Shown here: one piece after another, positions 36,864 through 45,463 of the stretch | Layout: each line of letters opens with the position of its first letter | Numbering within the stretch: the first letter of the stretch is position 1 | DNA from: a bacterium | GTDB lineage: Bacteria; Patescibacteriota; Microgenomatia; Curtissbacterales; GWA2-41-24 | Length of the DNA stretch: 48,064 bases | Assembly: GCA_021813125.1 (NCBI GenBank) | Contig: JAKALT010000007.1 | Span: 1-48,064, forward strand | Direction: 5' to 3' | Translations under genes and position numbers: made by a program | Notes under the pieces: model-generated | What the model was told of the DNA's origin: nothing | The model's database searches: none | What the model saw: only the letters and a program-made list of their open reading frames with translations

Positions 36864-39800
36864 GTGAGTGATATCCTGCAAGATTTAAATCCACAGCAAA
36901 AAGAAGCAGTAACTACTACAGAAGATCCGCTTCTGATAATCGCCGGTGCGGGAACCGGCAAAACCACGGTTATTGCCAGAAGAATCGCCTACATCATCGA
37001 AAAAAAACTCGCAAGACCCGCAGAAATTTTAGCGCTAACCTTTACCGACAAAGCTGCAGGCGAAATGGAGGAACGCGTCGATCAACTAGTGCCATACGGT
37101 TTCACCGACACCTGGATTTCCACATTCCATGCCTTTGGGGATCGCATCCTCCGCGACAATGCTTTTGACCTTGGCATTTCTCCGGATTTTAAAGTCCTTT
37201 CAAAACCTCAGCAGGTTTTGTTTTTCCAGCAAAATATATTTAAGTTTAATTTGAATTATTATCGCCCTCTGTCTAATCCCACAAAATTTATATCAGCAAT
37301 ATTGTCATTCTTCTCCCGCCTCAAAGATGAAAACGTATCACCAGAAGAATTTCAAAAGTATGTCAGAAGTCAGAAGTCCCAGCCAAAGGCTGGTCGTCCT
37401 TTGGACGAAAAAGCTAATAATAGCGAAGATAAAGTTGAACTCCAAAAGGTCGAAGAACTGGCAAACGCTTATGCAACTTACGAAAGCCTAAAAACTAAAG
37501 CCGGACTTTTGGACTTCGGCGACCAGGTCACCAAAACTATTGACCTGTTTATTAAACGGCCGAAAATTTTAAAAGAATACCAAAGCCATTTTAAATATAT
37601 ATTAGTCGACGAATATCAGGACACCAATTTTGCCCAAAACGAACTTGTAAAACTTTTATCAAACTCTCACAAAAACATCTGTGTTGTCGGCGACGACGAC
37701 CAATCTATCTACAAATTTCGTGGTGCAGCAATTTCAAATATCATGCGCTTTAAGCGTGATTTCAAAAATGCCAAACAAGTAGTTCTAACCCAAAATTACC
37801 GCTCAACTCAAGCAATTTTGGACTGCGCCTACCGCTTAATTCGCCACAACGACCCCGACCGCCTTGAAGTCCAAAACAAAATCGACAAAAAATTAAAATC
37901 GCAAAAAAAAGAATATGGCCCTGTTCCCAAAGAAATTTATGCAGACACCCTGTCACAGGAAGCGGATCTTGTTGCGGCAGAGATTGAAAAACTTATGTCA
38001 AAAAGTAAATCTAAAATCAAATATTCTTTAGGCCCACAGGCGAAGTCGAGGACCGCAAGCTTTGCTTATCGTGATATTGCGATTTTGGTCCGCGCTAATT
38101 CATCAGCCGACCCATTCCTTCGCGCCCTTAACATGCGCAGTATTCCCCATAAATTTGTTGGCTCTTCAGGCCTTTACCAGCAGGAAGAAGTAGCCGTTTT
38201 AATTTCGTTTTTAACCTCAATTACCAATTTCGAAGACAGCCTCAATCTTTACAATCTCTTAGTTTCCGACATTTACCAAATACCGCCTGTCGATGCTATT
38301 AAACTTACATCTTTTGCTAGCCGCAAGAACAAATCGCTTTATTATTTATTAAAAAATTTAGAAAAAATCACTAACGATGATCTTGAATTGTCGGAAGATT
38401 CAAAATCAATTATAGAAAGGGTCATTGAAGATTTAGATGCCGCAATTGATCTCTCCAAAAAGCAAAATGCAGGGCGCGTACTTTTTGATTTCCTAAAGCG
38501 CACAAATTATCTAAAGCGTCTTGAAAAGGAAAACACAATAGAATCCCAAATTAAAATCCAAAACATTGCCAAATTTTTCGACAAAGTGCGTGAATTTACG
38601 GATGTGGCATCGACAGAAACAGTCACTCAGTTTGTCGACTATCTCGAAGCCTTACGCGGCGCAGGTGACGACCCGGCAACCGTTGAATTCGACCCGGAGA
38701 CCGATGCCGTGAATGTCATGACGGTCCACAGCGCCAAAGGCCTGGAATTTCCGGTTGTATTTTTGGTAAATCTAATCTCTGACAAATTCCCTTCTCGTTC
38801 CCGTCCGGAACCAGTCGAAGTTCCCAAAGAATTAATAAAAGAAGATTTGCCGCAAGGGGACTGGCACCGAGAGGAAGAGCGCCGCCTTTTTTATGTCGGC
38901 ACAACTCGCGCTAAAGATCTGTTGTATTTTTCCTGGGCGCGCGATACAGGAGCTTATCGCATTAAAAAAATCTCACCGTTTGTTTTGGAGGCACTCGACA
39001 AAACCAAAGCCGAAGGTGAGCTTGTTAAACTTTCCCCTTTAGAAAAAATTGCCCAGTTTGAACAAGCTGCCCCAAAAACCCATATCCAGACAGCATTTTT
39101 CGATGTTGACGTTTTAAAACTGACCCAGGGTTCAATCGACGATTACCTCACTTGCGCTTACAAATACCGCTACATTCATGTCCTGAAAATTCCTATTCTT
39201 CGCCACCATGCCATTGTTTACGGATCTGCCCTTCATGCAGCAGTTGCGCAGTTCTTGCGAGCCAAAAAACGCGGCAAGATAATATCAATTTCTCAGCTCT
39301 ATGAAATTTTTGAAAATGCCTGGGATAGCGAAGGCTTTCTAACAGTCGAACACGAAGAAAAAAGGAAAGAGCAGGGAAAACTGGCACTTTCTGCCTTTTG
39401 GAAGCGCGAATCCAAAACAAAAGACCTACCTTCTTTAATTGAATCAAAGTTCAAATTCTCACTCGAAGGCATAACGGTTGTCGGCCGCTATGACCGGGTT
39501 GACGTCAAGCCAGGATCAAAAATCGAAATCATCGACTACAAATCCTCCGAAAACATAGACCAAGATCGGGCTGAAGCTCAAGCTAAAGAATCAACCCAGC
39601 TGGCAATTTATGCGCTTTCTTACTGGCGCATGTATCAAATCCTTCCCGAAAAACTTACACTGCACTTTTTAGAGACCGGAATAGAAGGGTCCTACTCACC
39701 AACTCAAAAAGATATCGAAAAATCCGAAAAATTAATTTTAGATACAGCTCAAAAAATCAACCGAGACCTAAAATCAAATCATTTTGAAGCAAATCCCAAG

Positions 39801-39872
39801 TACTTCGGCCGTGAACCAGCTTGTGTCTACTGTGCGTATAAATCCATCTGCCCGTTTTCTTTAGCAAAGTGA
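36864..39872 (+). CDS. UvrD/PcrA-family helicase fused to C-terminal PD-(D/E)XK nuclease (AdnA/AdnB-like)
   Basis: AGAGTGKT, TFT, DEYQDTN, GDDDQSIY, NYRS, TVHSAKGLEF, EERRLFYVG.TRA; then GRYDRVD, IIDYKS, QLAIY and Cys pattern C...CVYC.YKSIC. Confidence 0.93.
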   Translation: MSDILQDLNPQQKEAVTTTEDPLLIIAGAGTGKTTVIARRIAYIIEKKLARPAEILALTFTDKAAGEMEERVDQLVPYGFTDTWISTFHAFGDRILRDNAFDLGISPDFKVLSKPQQVLFFQQNIFKFNLNYYRPLSNPTKFISAILSFFSRLKDENVSPEEFQKYVRSQKSQPKAGRPLDEKANNSEDKVELQKVEELANAYATYESLKTKAGLLDFGDQVTKTIDLFIKRPKILKEYQSHFKYILVDEYQDTNFAQNELVKLLSNSHKNICVVGDDDQSIYKFRGAAISNIMRFKRDFKNAKQVVLTQNYRSTQAILDCAYRLIRHNDPDRLEVQNKIDKKLKSQKKEYGPVPKEIYADTLSQEADLVAAEIEKLMSKSKSKIKYSLGPQAKSRTASFAYRDIAILVRANSSADPFLRALNMRSIPHKFVGSSGLYQQEEVAVLISFLTSITNFEDSLNLYNLLVSDIYQIPPVDAIKLTSFASRKNKSLYYLLKNLEKITNDDLELSEDSKSIIERVIEDLDAAIDLSKKQNAGRVLFDFLKRTNYLKRLEKENTIESQIKIQNIAKFFDKVREFTDVASTETVTQFVDYLEALRGAGDDPATVEFDPETDAVNVMTVHSAKGLEFPVVFLVNLISDKFPSRSRPEPVEVPKELIKEDLPQGDWHREEERRLFYVGTTRAKDLLYFSWARDTGAYRIKKISPFVLEALDKTKAEGELVKLSPLEKIAQFEQAAPKTHIQTAFFDVDVLKLTQGSIDDYLTCAYKYRYIHVLKIPILRHHAIVYGSALHAAVAQFLRAKKRGKIISISQLYEIFENAWDSEGFLTVEHEEKRKEQGKLALSAFWKRESKTKDLPSLIESKFKFSLEGITVVGRYDRVDVKPGSKIEIIDYKSSENIDQDRAEAQAKESTQLAIYALSYWRMYQILPEKLTLHFLETGIEGSYSPTQKDIEKSEKLILDTAQKINRDLKSNHFEANPKYFGREPACVYCAYKSICPFSLAK

Positions 39873-39983
39873 AGACCAGTAATTATCCTTAACTTAACAC
39901 TTTTAGCCTCCAAGGCCTGGCCTTGAAATGATTTAAATGAGATGTAACTGTTTTTCTTTGAAAGGTTGAAATAAAATGTAAAG

Positions 39984-40517
39984 ATGTATTTTGTTGCGCT
40001 CTTACTTTTATTTCTGGTTGCTCTAGTTTTAATTTTTGTGATATTCGCCTTTTCTCTTTTTGCGGCCGGATTGTTTTTTGAACTGCCTTATGTTGCCACG
40101 AATGCCGATAAAGTTGAAACGATTATTAAACTCGCGCGCATCAAAAAAGGGGAAACTATTGTCGATTTAGGGTCCGGAGACGGCCGTCTTTTATATGCTG
40201 CCGCTAAAAAAGGCGCAATTGCAATTGGTTACGAACTTAATCCGCTTCTTATCATAATCACCATTCTGCGATCTAAAATCAGTGGGTTATCAAAGAATGT
40301 CAAAGTCAAAAAGCAAAGTCTCTGGGACGCAGACTTAAAAGATGCCGATGTTGTTTTTGTTTACGGTCGAAAACATACAATGAAAAGGTTTGAAGATTTT
40401 GTTTACAAGAATTGCAAAAAGGGAACGCGAATTACCGTAAACAGTGACAAAACAATTTCCTTTCCAAACAAAAAACCGCTTAAATCCGAAAACGGTATCT
40501 TTCTTTATATAGTCTGA
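39984..40517 (+). CDS. Class I SAM-dependent methyltransferase (FAM173/archaeal KMT-like), membrane-anchored
   Basis: N-terminal TM, LPYVAT, VDLGSGDGR, GYELNP, DADVVFVY. Confidence 0.88.
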   Translation: MYFVALLLLFLVALVLIFVIFAFSLFAAGLFFELPYVATNADKVETIIKLARIKKGETIVDLGSGDGRLLYAAAKKGAIAIGYELNPLLIIITILRSKISGLSKNVKVKKQSLWDADLKDADVVFVYGRKHTMKRFEDFVYKNCKKGTRITVNSDKTISFPNKKPLKSENGIFLYIV

Positions 40518-41074
40518 TTGCTTTGGATAATTGGGGCAATCGAGCTAAAAAGCGATTTATATACAAAATAGAAAAGAAAGCTGATTGCAAACATTTGCAG
40601 GAAAACTACAGCGATCATAGTCCAAGTTGCAAAACTGCTAAGTGAATTTATCTTTTTAACCTTTTGCCTGAAATATATACCCAAAACACACCCCATAAGA
40701 GAAAGAAGAATTGTAATGTTTCGAAATAGATTCAAAACTGACTCATTAATCCCAGTCTCGGAGCTGACTCCAAGCTTTGCAAATTGAGCCGGCATTTGAA
40801 CACTGGCACCAGAACTGATTGCGGACAAAAGAATCAAAACTGAAAACGCAATTGTAATTGCCGGCAAAACATGTGCTAAAACCTGTTTTTTGCTTGCCTT
40901 ATAAAATGCCCAGGCAGTTGTAAATGGCGGGAAAACCAAGCTTAAAACAATGTATCCCCAAACGCCAACCTTAGAGTTTTGTTGATTCTGAGAAATCAAT
41001 TGATTCAGATCACCAACGGTTTGCGCTGAGGGAGGTTGGGTATCAACGTTTTGAGATACATTATCGACGTTCAT
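40505..41074 (-). CDS. Hypothetical 4-TM membrane protein
   Basis: Q/N-rich N-terminus followed by hydrophobic helices. Confidence 0.7.
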   Translation of the reverse strand: MNVDNVSQNVDTQPPSAQTVGDLNQLISQNQQNSKVGVWGYIVLSLVFPPFTTAWAFYKASKKQVLAHVLPAITIAFSVLILLSAISSGASVQMPAQFAKLGVSSETGINESVLNLFRNITILLSLMGCVLGIYFRQKVKKINSLSSFATWTMIAVVFLQMFAISFLFYFVYKSLFSSIAPIIQSNQTI

Positions 41075-41086
41075 AATTAATTTGAA

Positions 41087-43384
41087 TTAGCTTACCGCAG
41101 AGTTGTTAGCACTTTGATAATTGGCCACTCTATCTATATTTTGAAGAACATCCTCACCCATTGCACCTTCATTGATTGCCTCAGAAACACTTTCTCTTAT
41201 TAAACCTCTCATTTTATCTAGCATTGGCCTATCAGCAGTAAATGGCGCAACGGGCCTACACCATTCTCCGCCCCTTCTCATAACAGGTTCGGTTAAACTA
41301 TCAGTGACTGGTCTACTGCCGTTTACACCTTTTGAAGCTGCATCTAGTACATCCCAAGCCTGAGCGGTAAGGATTCTTCTTGATGGATTGTTCGGGTCGA
41401 CTGTTGTTATCTGGACACTTCTGCTGGCACGATATTTTTTAAGCTCGTCAGTCGTATAAACAATATCGTGACCATGAACAGCTAAAGATCCATCACTTCG
41501 CCACTTTTCCGGACCTCTAAATTTTGAAATAACCGGAATTTCTCTGGGGCGAACAACAGTCCTTGGCGCTTTATACCTGGAAACTAACGCTTTTGCTGTA
41601 CCCAGTGTTTCCTGAGGCATCGCCCCTGCAGCAACCTGCTGCTCCAAATATTCGATGGCTTTTTGCTGTGCTTTTATAAGTGTTTCTCTATTTAGTGTCA
41701 ATTTGTTCCAGGAGTAATTTACATCAACATTTCTTGTTGCTCCTTCGGCATTTTTCACCTTTTTTCCAAAAGGAGCCCTCATCCTGACACTGTCTCTCCC
41801 TGCATCAATTGTTGCACCTCTGAAAGCCCCAACCGGTGATAATACTCCTTGCCTTACGTAAAATTTTGTAGCAAGTCGATCCGGGTTTGTTTCTATTATT
41901 TTCCAAAGTGCTGCTGTTGGCTTTTTTACCTCGCGACCGGTTGCCTCACTTGCATCTCCATCCCTCACTCCAAGCGAAATTTCTTGAGGGGCATAATGGC
42001 TTGCTAAATACTCTTCTGATTCATCATAATCTTCAGTACCTTTGTCAAAAGGATTTTTCGGTCGTACACTTTCCCGGGAATATACTAGCGAATCGCCATC
42101 CACCGAAAGTTCTCCCGCTCCCAGCCATTTTTGCTCTCCACCAATTTTCTTCTCCTTTTCTTTTGGTTGCGATTCTGATTCATCCTCGGTGTTGGCATCG
42201 ACACTTTCATTTTTAGCCTTTTTCCCCATTTCCTTTTCTAAGTTTTTGTATAAATTTTTGACAAGGTCCATACCGGGCATATCTTTTCCTTTTTTGATTT
42301 CGCTCCCAGCAGCTTTTATAAAAGCATCTAAATCTGTTTGCGTGTTTTTAATTCCAATTGCCATTTGGACCACGACTTTAGAAGAATCAGCTCCGTACAT
42401 GCCACTCATTTTTTGGATGACGTCCATATTTTCCTGAATTTGTTCTATGGTATTGTTTTGAGCGATTTTCGAAGCGAACAAACCGACATCGCCCTCTCCG
42501 TCAACAAATAGAGCCTGATACATTTTGTCAACAGCTTCTGGATCCTCTAGATCAACGCCCATTCTTTTGAAGAGTTCAGCTTGAGGTTTACCCTTGAAAC
42601 GATCAAGAAACACTTGAGTTTTCTTTTTCCATAATTCATATTTTTGTTCATCCGTTAAATTTTTATACGGACTGTTCTCCCCATTCCAGTATTCGTCCCT
42701 TTCTCGTATTGAAGCTTCTGTTGCTTCTTTAGCGTCAGGTTTTTCACCGTTGGCAATTGCTTCAAGTTTTTTTCTGTCAATAGATTTTGTTGCCGATTCC
42801 CCTGTAAGCAGTATTGCCTGCGCCCCGGCGTTTTCAGCGCTAATTAGCTTACTTTCCGTTCCAGCTTCTACGTCAATAGCCCCCGTTTCTTTGTCCTCAG
42901 CTGATTCTGAAAGTGCTGTGTCTGTGGGGAGTTCATCTCCCGTTCTACTGACATAATTTTTTTCAACTCTGACACTGTCTGCCAATAATTCATCATTTTC
43001 CTGCTGAACGTCTGTTCCGCTGCCTGTGTTTTTTGCGGGTTCATTCACCGATGCAGAATTTACGGGGCGCGAAGAAGCTCCAGTAGGATGTGTATCTATC
43101 CTCTTATACCTCCGCCGAACGGCAGATTTAGTATCTGTCGGCGCTTCTGTTTTAGGTTCTTCGGTGCTAGGAGAATCGGCACCTGTATTTCGATGGATAC
43201 GTCCACTTTGTCGCGCTAAATTGGCCAATTTCAGCCTGGCAGAAAGATCTCGAGTGTGTTCTATCAAAGCAGCTAATCCGCCACGGCGGCCGATTTTATC
43301 TGGTTTAGGAGTAGCAGCTTTTTTTGCCTCCCGTACGATGTCTTTCGGTATTCCTAATTCTGCTCCGGCTGCCCCCTTAGGCAT
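41087..43384 (-). CDS. Large hypothetical protein with disordered acidic N-terminus and duplicated C-terminal domain
   Basis: 765-aa uninterrupted ORF overlapping the upstream gene by 8 nt; internal repeat visible by eye. Confidence 0.8.
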   Translation of the reverse strand: MPKGAAGAELGIPKDIVREAKKAATPKPDKIGRRGGLAALIEHTRDLSARLKLANLARQSGRIHRNTGADSPSTEEPKTEAPTDTKSAVRRRYKRIDTHPTGASSRPVNSASVNEPAKNTGSGTDVQQENDELLADSVRVEKNYVSRTGDELPTDTALSESAEDKETGAIDVEAGTESKLISAENAGAQAILLTGESATKSIDRKKLEAIANGEKPDAKEATEASIRERDEYWNGENSPYKNLTDEQKYELWKKKTQVFLDRFKGKPQAELFKRMGVDLEDPEAVDKMYQALFVDGEGDVGLFASKIAQNNTIEQIQENMDVIQKMSGMYGADSSKVVVQMAIGIKNTQTDLDAFIKAAGSEIKKGKDMPGMDLVKNLYKNLEKEMGKKAKNESVDANTEDESESQPKEKEKKIGGEQKWLGAGELSVDGDSLVYSRESVRPKNPFDKGTEDYDESEEYLASHYAPQEISLGVRDGDASEATGREVKKPTAALWKIIETNPDRLATKFYVRQGVLSPVGAFRGATIDAGRDSVRMRAPFGKKVKNAEGATRNVDVNYSWNKLTLNRETLIKAQQKAIEYLEQQVAAGAMPQETLGTAKALVSRYKAPRTVVRPREIPVISKFRGPEKWRSDGSLAVHGHDIVYTTDELKKYRASRSVQITTVDPNNPSRRILTAQAWDVLDAASKGVNGSRPVTDSLTEPVMRRGGEWCRPVAPFTADRPMLDKMRGLIRESVSEAINEGAMGEDVLQNIDRVANYQSANNSAVS

Positions 43385-43688
43385 TTTTGATCATCTCCCC
43401 AACGGAAAGCCTCAGTTTTCCAATCATCTCAGTTCTATGTTTCTCATCTTGTTCGGAAAGTATTTGAAAAACCACACCCGAAAGTTCCGTTGCCTTGTCA
43501 TCAAGCTGGGGAATCACCTTTAGAAGCTGCTCATGGGTTATGTCCTCCGGAACCATCGCTAAAACAAGTTCTGCAATCTCGGCCGCCCTATCTCCGGTTA
43601 TTTCACCTTGGGAAAGTTGTTTTTGAAGATCGTCAACAATTAAAGCCTCTAATTTTTTGCGAAGGGTAACCGCGTCTTCGTTTTGCAT
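43377..43688 (-). CDS. Hypothetical all-alpha 103-aa protein
   Basis: Amphipathic helices; GAGG just before ATG; co-oriented with neighbours. Confidence 0.75.
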   Translation of the reverse strand: MQNEDAVTLRKKLEALIVDDLQKQLSQGEITGDRAAEIAELVLAMVPEDITHEQLLKVIPQLDDKATELSGVVFQILSEQDEKHRTEMIGKLRLSVGEMIKNA

Positions 43689-43713
43689 CCTCTAAAGCTA
43701 ATTGTAAACTATC

Positions 43714-44718
43714 CTACCTTCGTGTTGCGCGAAGGAATGTCCAGCGCAAACGGTCTGCAAAGTTCATGCTTTTGTAAAGTGCCTGACTCAAAATCAAATC
43801 ATAAGTCCCGATATACTCAACATGGGTGGGACCATACCCGGCTTTAAACCTATGGAATCCATACCAGGGGTCGCTATCTTTGGCGTCTGGCCCTAAAGCT
43901 CCCCACATATCAAATACCCTCATCCCCATTTTTTTACCTAAACGGATAGCTTCCCAGGCCACCAAATTGGAAGCCATCACTTCACGGTTTTCGTTCGAAG
44001 ATCCTCCGTACGGGTAATATAGTGTTTCCTTAAAGTTAAAAAGCATCCAGGCAACCAACGGTTTTCCCTGATATTTTGCAATTAAAACTCTTGCCATTCC
44101 GGCAGGCATCAGAGTTTTCCATACCAAACGATGGTATTGTGGCGTATGCCCAAAATATTTTTGCCGGTGTGTTGTGTCGAAATATAGCTTTAGGTAAATT
44201 TCAAAATCGGCATCTTTTATGGATTCGTAAACTTCAACGCCTTTTTTCTGCGCAACGCCTATGTTGTATCGGGTTTTAGGATGCATCGCCGAAAGCAAAT
44301 TTTGGTCGGGGCGTGTTAAGTCCAGCAAAAAATTGTAACGGGTAAATAAGGATTTTTTGGAAGGGGAATACCCTAAGGCAAGTATTTTTTGCTTTAAATC
44401 CTCCTGGGCAAAAACATTCGGCTCAATTTTTATAAACGCTACATTTTTTTCGCGCCCGATCTCGATTAAAGCTTTCGTGGATTCGGCTTCTGGCATCGGT
44501 CCCTTTGGGAGGTAACCTACAACCTGCGGAAAAATTGGCACCGGATGCAAAGTTAGCTGGTAAGCATTTACCATAGTATTACCGCTAAATTGCCCGAGTC
44601 TCACCAGGTCTAGCCCCGTGCTTTTTCGGAATTCCCCCCATTCCCAGGATTGGATAATATGGTAAACGTGGCTGTTATAAAGGGCTTTTTCCCCTTCCTC
44701 GACTTCTCTGACAATCAT
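43714..44718 (-). CDS. FemABX family peptidoglycan peptidyltransferase
   Basis: QSWEWGEF, YLPKGP, IKIEP, KTRYNI, YYPYGGS, FDMWG, GFHRFKAGYG. Confidence 0.93.
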   Translation of the reverse strand: MIVREVEEGEKALYNSHVYHIIQSWEWGEFRKSTGLDLVRLGQFSGNTMVNAYQLTLHPVPIFPQVVGYLPKGPMPEAESTKALIEIGREKNVAFIKIEPNVFAQEDLKQKILALGYSPSKKSLFTRYNFLLDLTRPDQNLLSAMHPKTRYNIGVAQKKGVEVYESIKDADFEIYLKLYFDTTHRQKYFGHTPQYHRLVWKTLMPAGMARVLIAKYQGKPLVAWMLFNFKETLYYPYGGSSNENREVMASNLVAWEAIRLGKKMGMRVFDMWGALGPDAKDSDPWYGFHRFKAGYGPTHVEYIGTYDLILSQALYKSMNFADRLRWTFLRATRR

Positions 44719-44819
44719 TATATTTTATATAGTAATTTTGACACTGAGCATATAGAGTCTCTCAATCATTCTAACAAATCTACCTACGCCCAGCCTTAGT
44801 GAAGTGATATATTTAAATT

Positions 44820-45320
44820 ATGCGCAAAGGTTTTGGAGTAATTGGTATAATTTTCTTCTTGATTGTACTTGCGGGAGCAGGCTTTCTTTTCTATAAAACA
44901 CATAATCAAGGCTTAAGCGAGAAGGAATTTCAATTTAATGGCCAACAGTATTCTATACTTCTACCCAAGAATCATTTAACAAAAACAGCAGAAAAGGGAG
45001 TTGTTTCTGCGGGCAAGGGAGATGTTTTTGCTTCAATAATCTCTTTTTTCCCAACAAGTTCTAACAAAGAAGTTTCTTGTAGCGATATAAAAGCACAAAA
45101 GGCATTTGTTGTTTATAATCAAAACTTCAAAAAAGATATTGAGGTTTGCTCAACTACTAGTACCGAGAAAGGCGTCGAAATAGTTATGCTTGATTCACCA
45201 AGTCTGAATGATGAGAAGTACAGATATACTGTTGGTATAGGGACAACAAAAAAATACTTCGAGACGGAAACCGGAAAAAGTAATCTTGAAAAAATCTTTG
45301 CGTCTTTTAAAGTAAAATAG
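44820..45320 (+). CDS. Prepilin-like (class III signal peptide) surface protein
   Basis: MRKG|FGVIGIIFFLIVLAG N-terminus; PsbP-like ending (LEKIFASFK). Confidence 0.7.
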   Translation: MRKGFGVIGIIFFLIVLAGAGFLFYKTHNQGLSEKEFQFNGQQYSILLPKNHLTKTAEKGVVSAGKGDVFASIISFFPTSSNKEVSCSDIKAQKAFVVYNQNFKKDIEVCSTTSTEKGVEIVMLDSPSLNDEKYRYTVGIGTTKKYFETETGKSNLEKIFASFKVK

Positions 45321-45333
45321 TTTTAACTATAAA

Positions 45334-45462
45334 ATGTTTGCACTTCCACAGTTAAATGATGACGAGAATCCTGAAAGAGCAGGATTAAACCTGATAGCAT
45401 TTATTATATTTTTGGTAGTAATGACTATCATTTTTGGGTTTATTTACGTCAAACTTTATTAG
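45334..45462 (+). CDS. Unannotated 42-aa single-TM small protein
   Basis: MFALPQLNDDENPERAGLNLIAFIIFLVVMTIIFGFIYVKLY*; begins 13 nt after the previous stop and ends 1 nt before the next ATG. Confidence 0.6.
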   Translation: MFALPQLNDDENPERAGLNLIAFIIFLVVMTIIFGFIYVKLY

Positions 45463-45463
45463 A

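Noticed and set aside
36864-39872. Cas4/CRISPR or Gabija-type defence helicase
   Set aside because: The Cas4-like Cys pattern is expected in AdnAB/AddB nuclease domains; no cas, OLD nuclease or array is adjacent.
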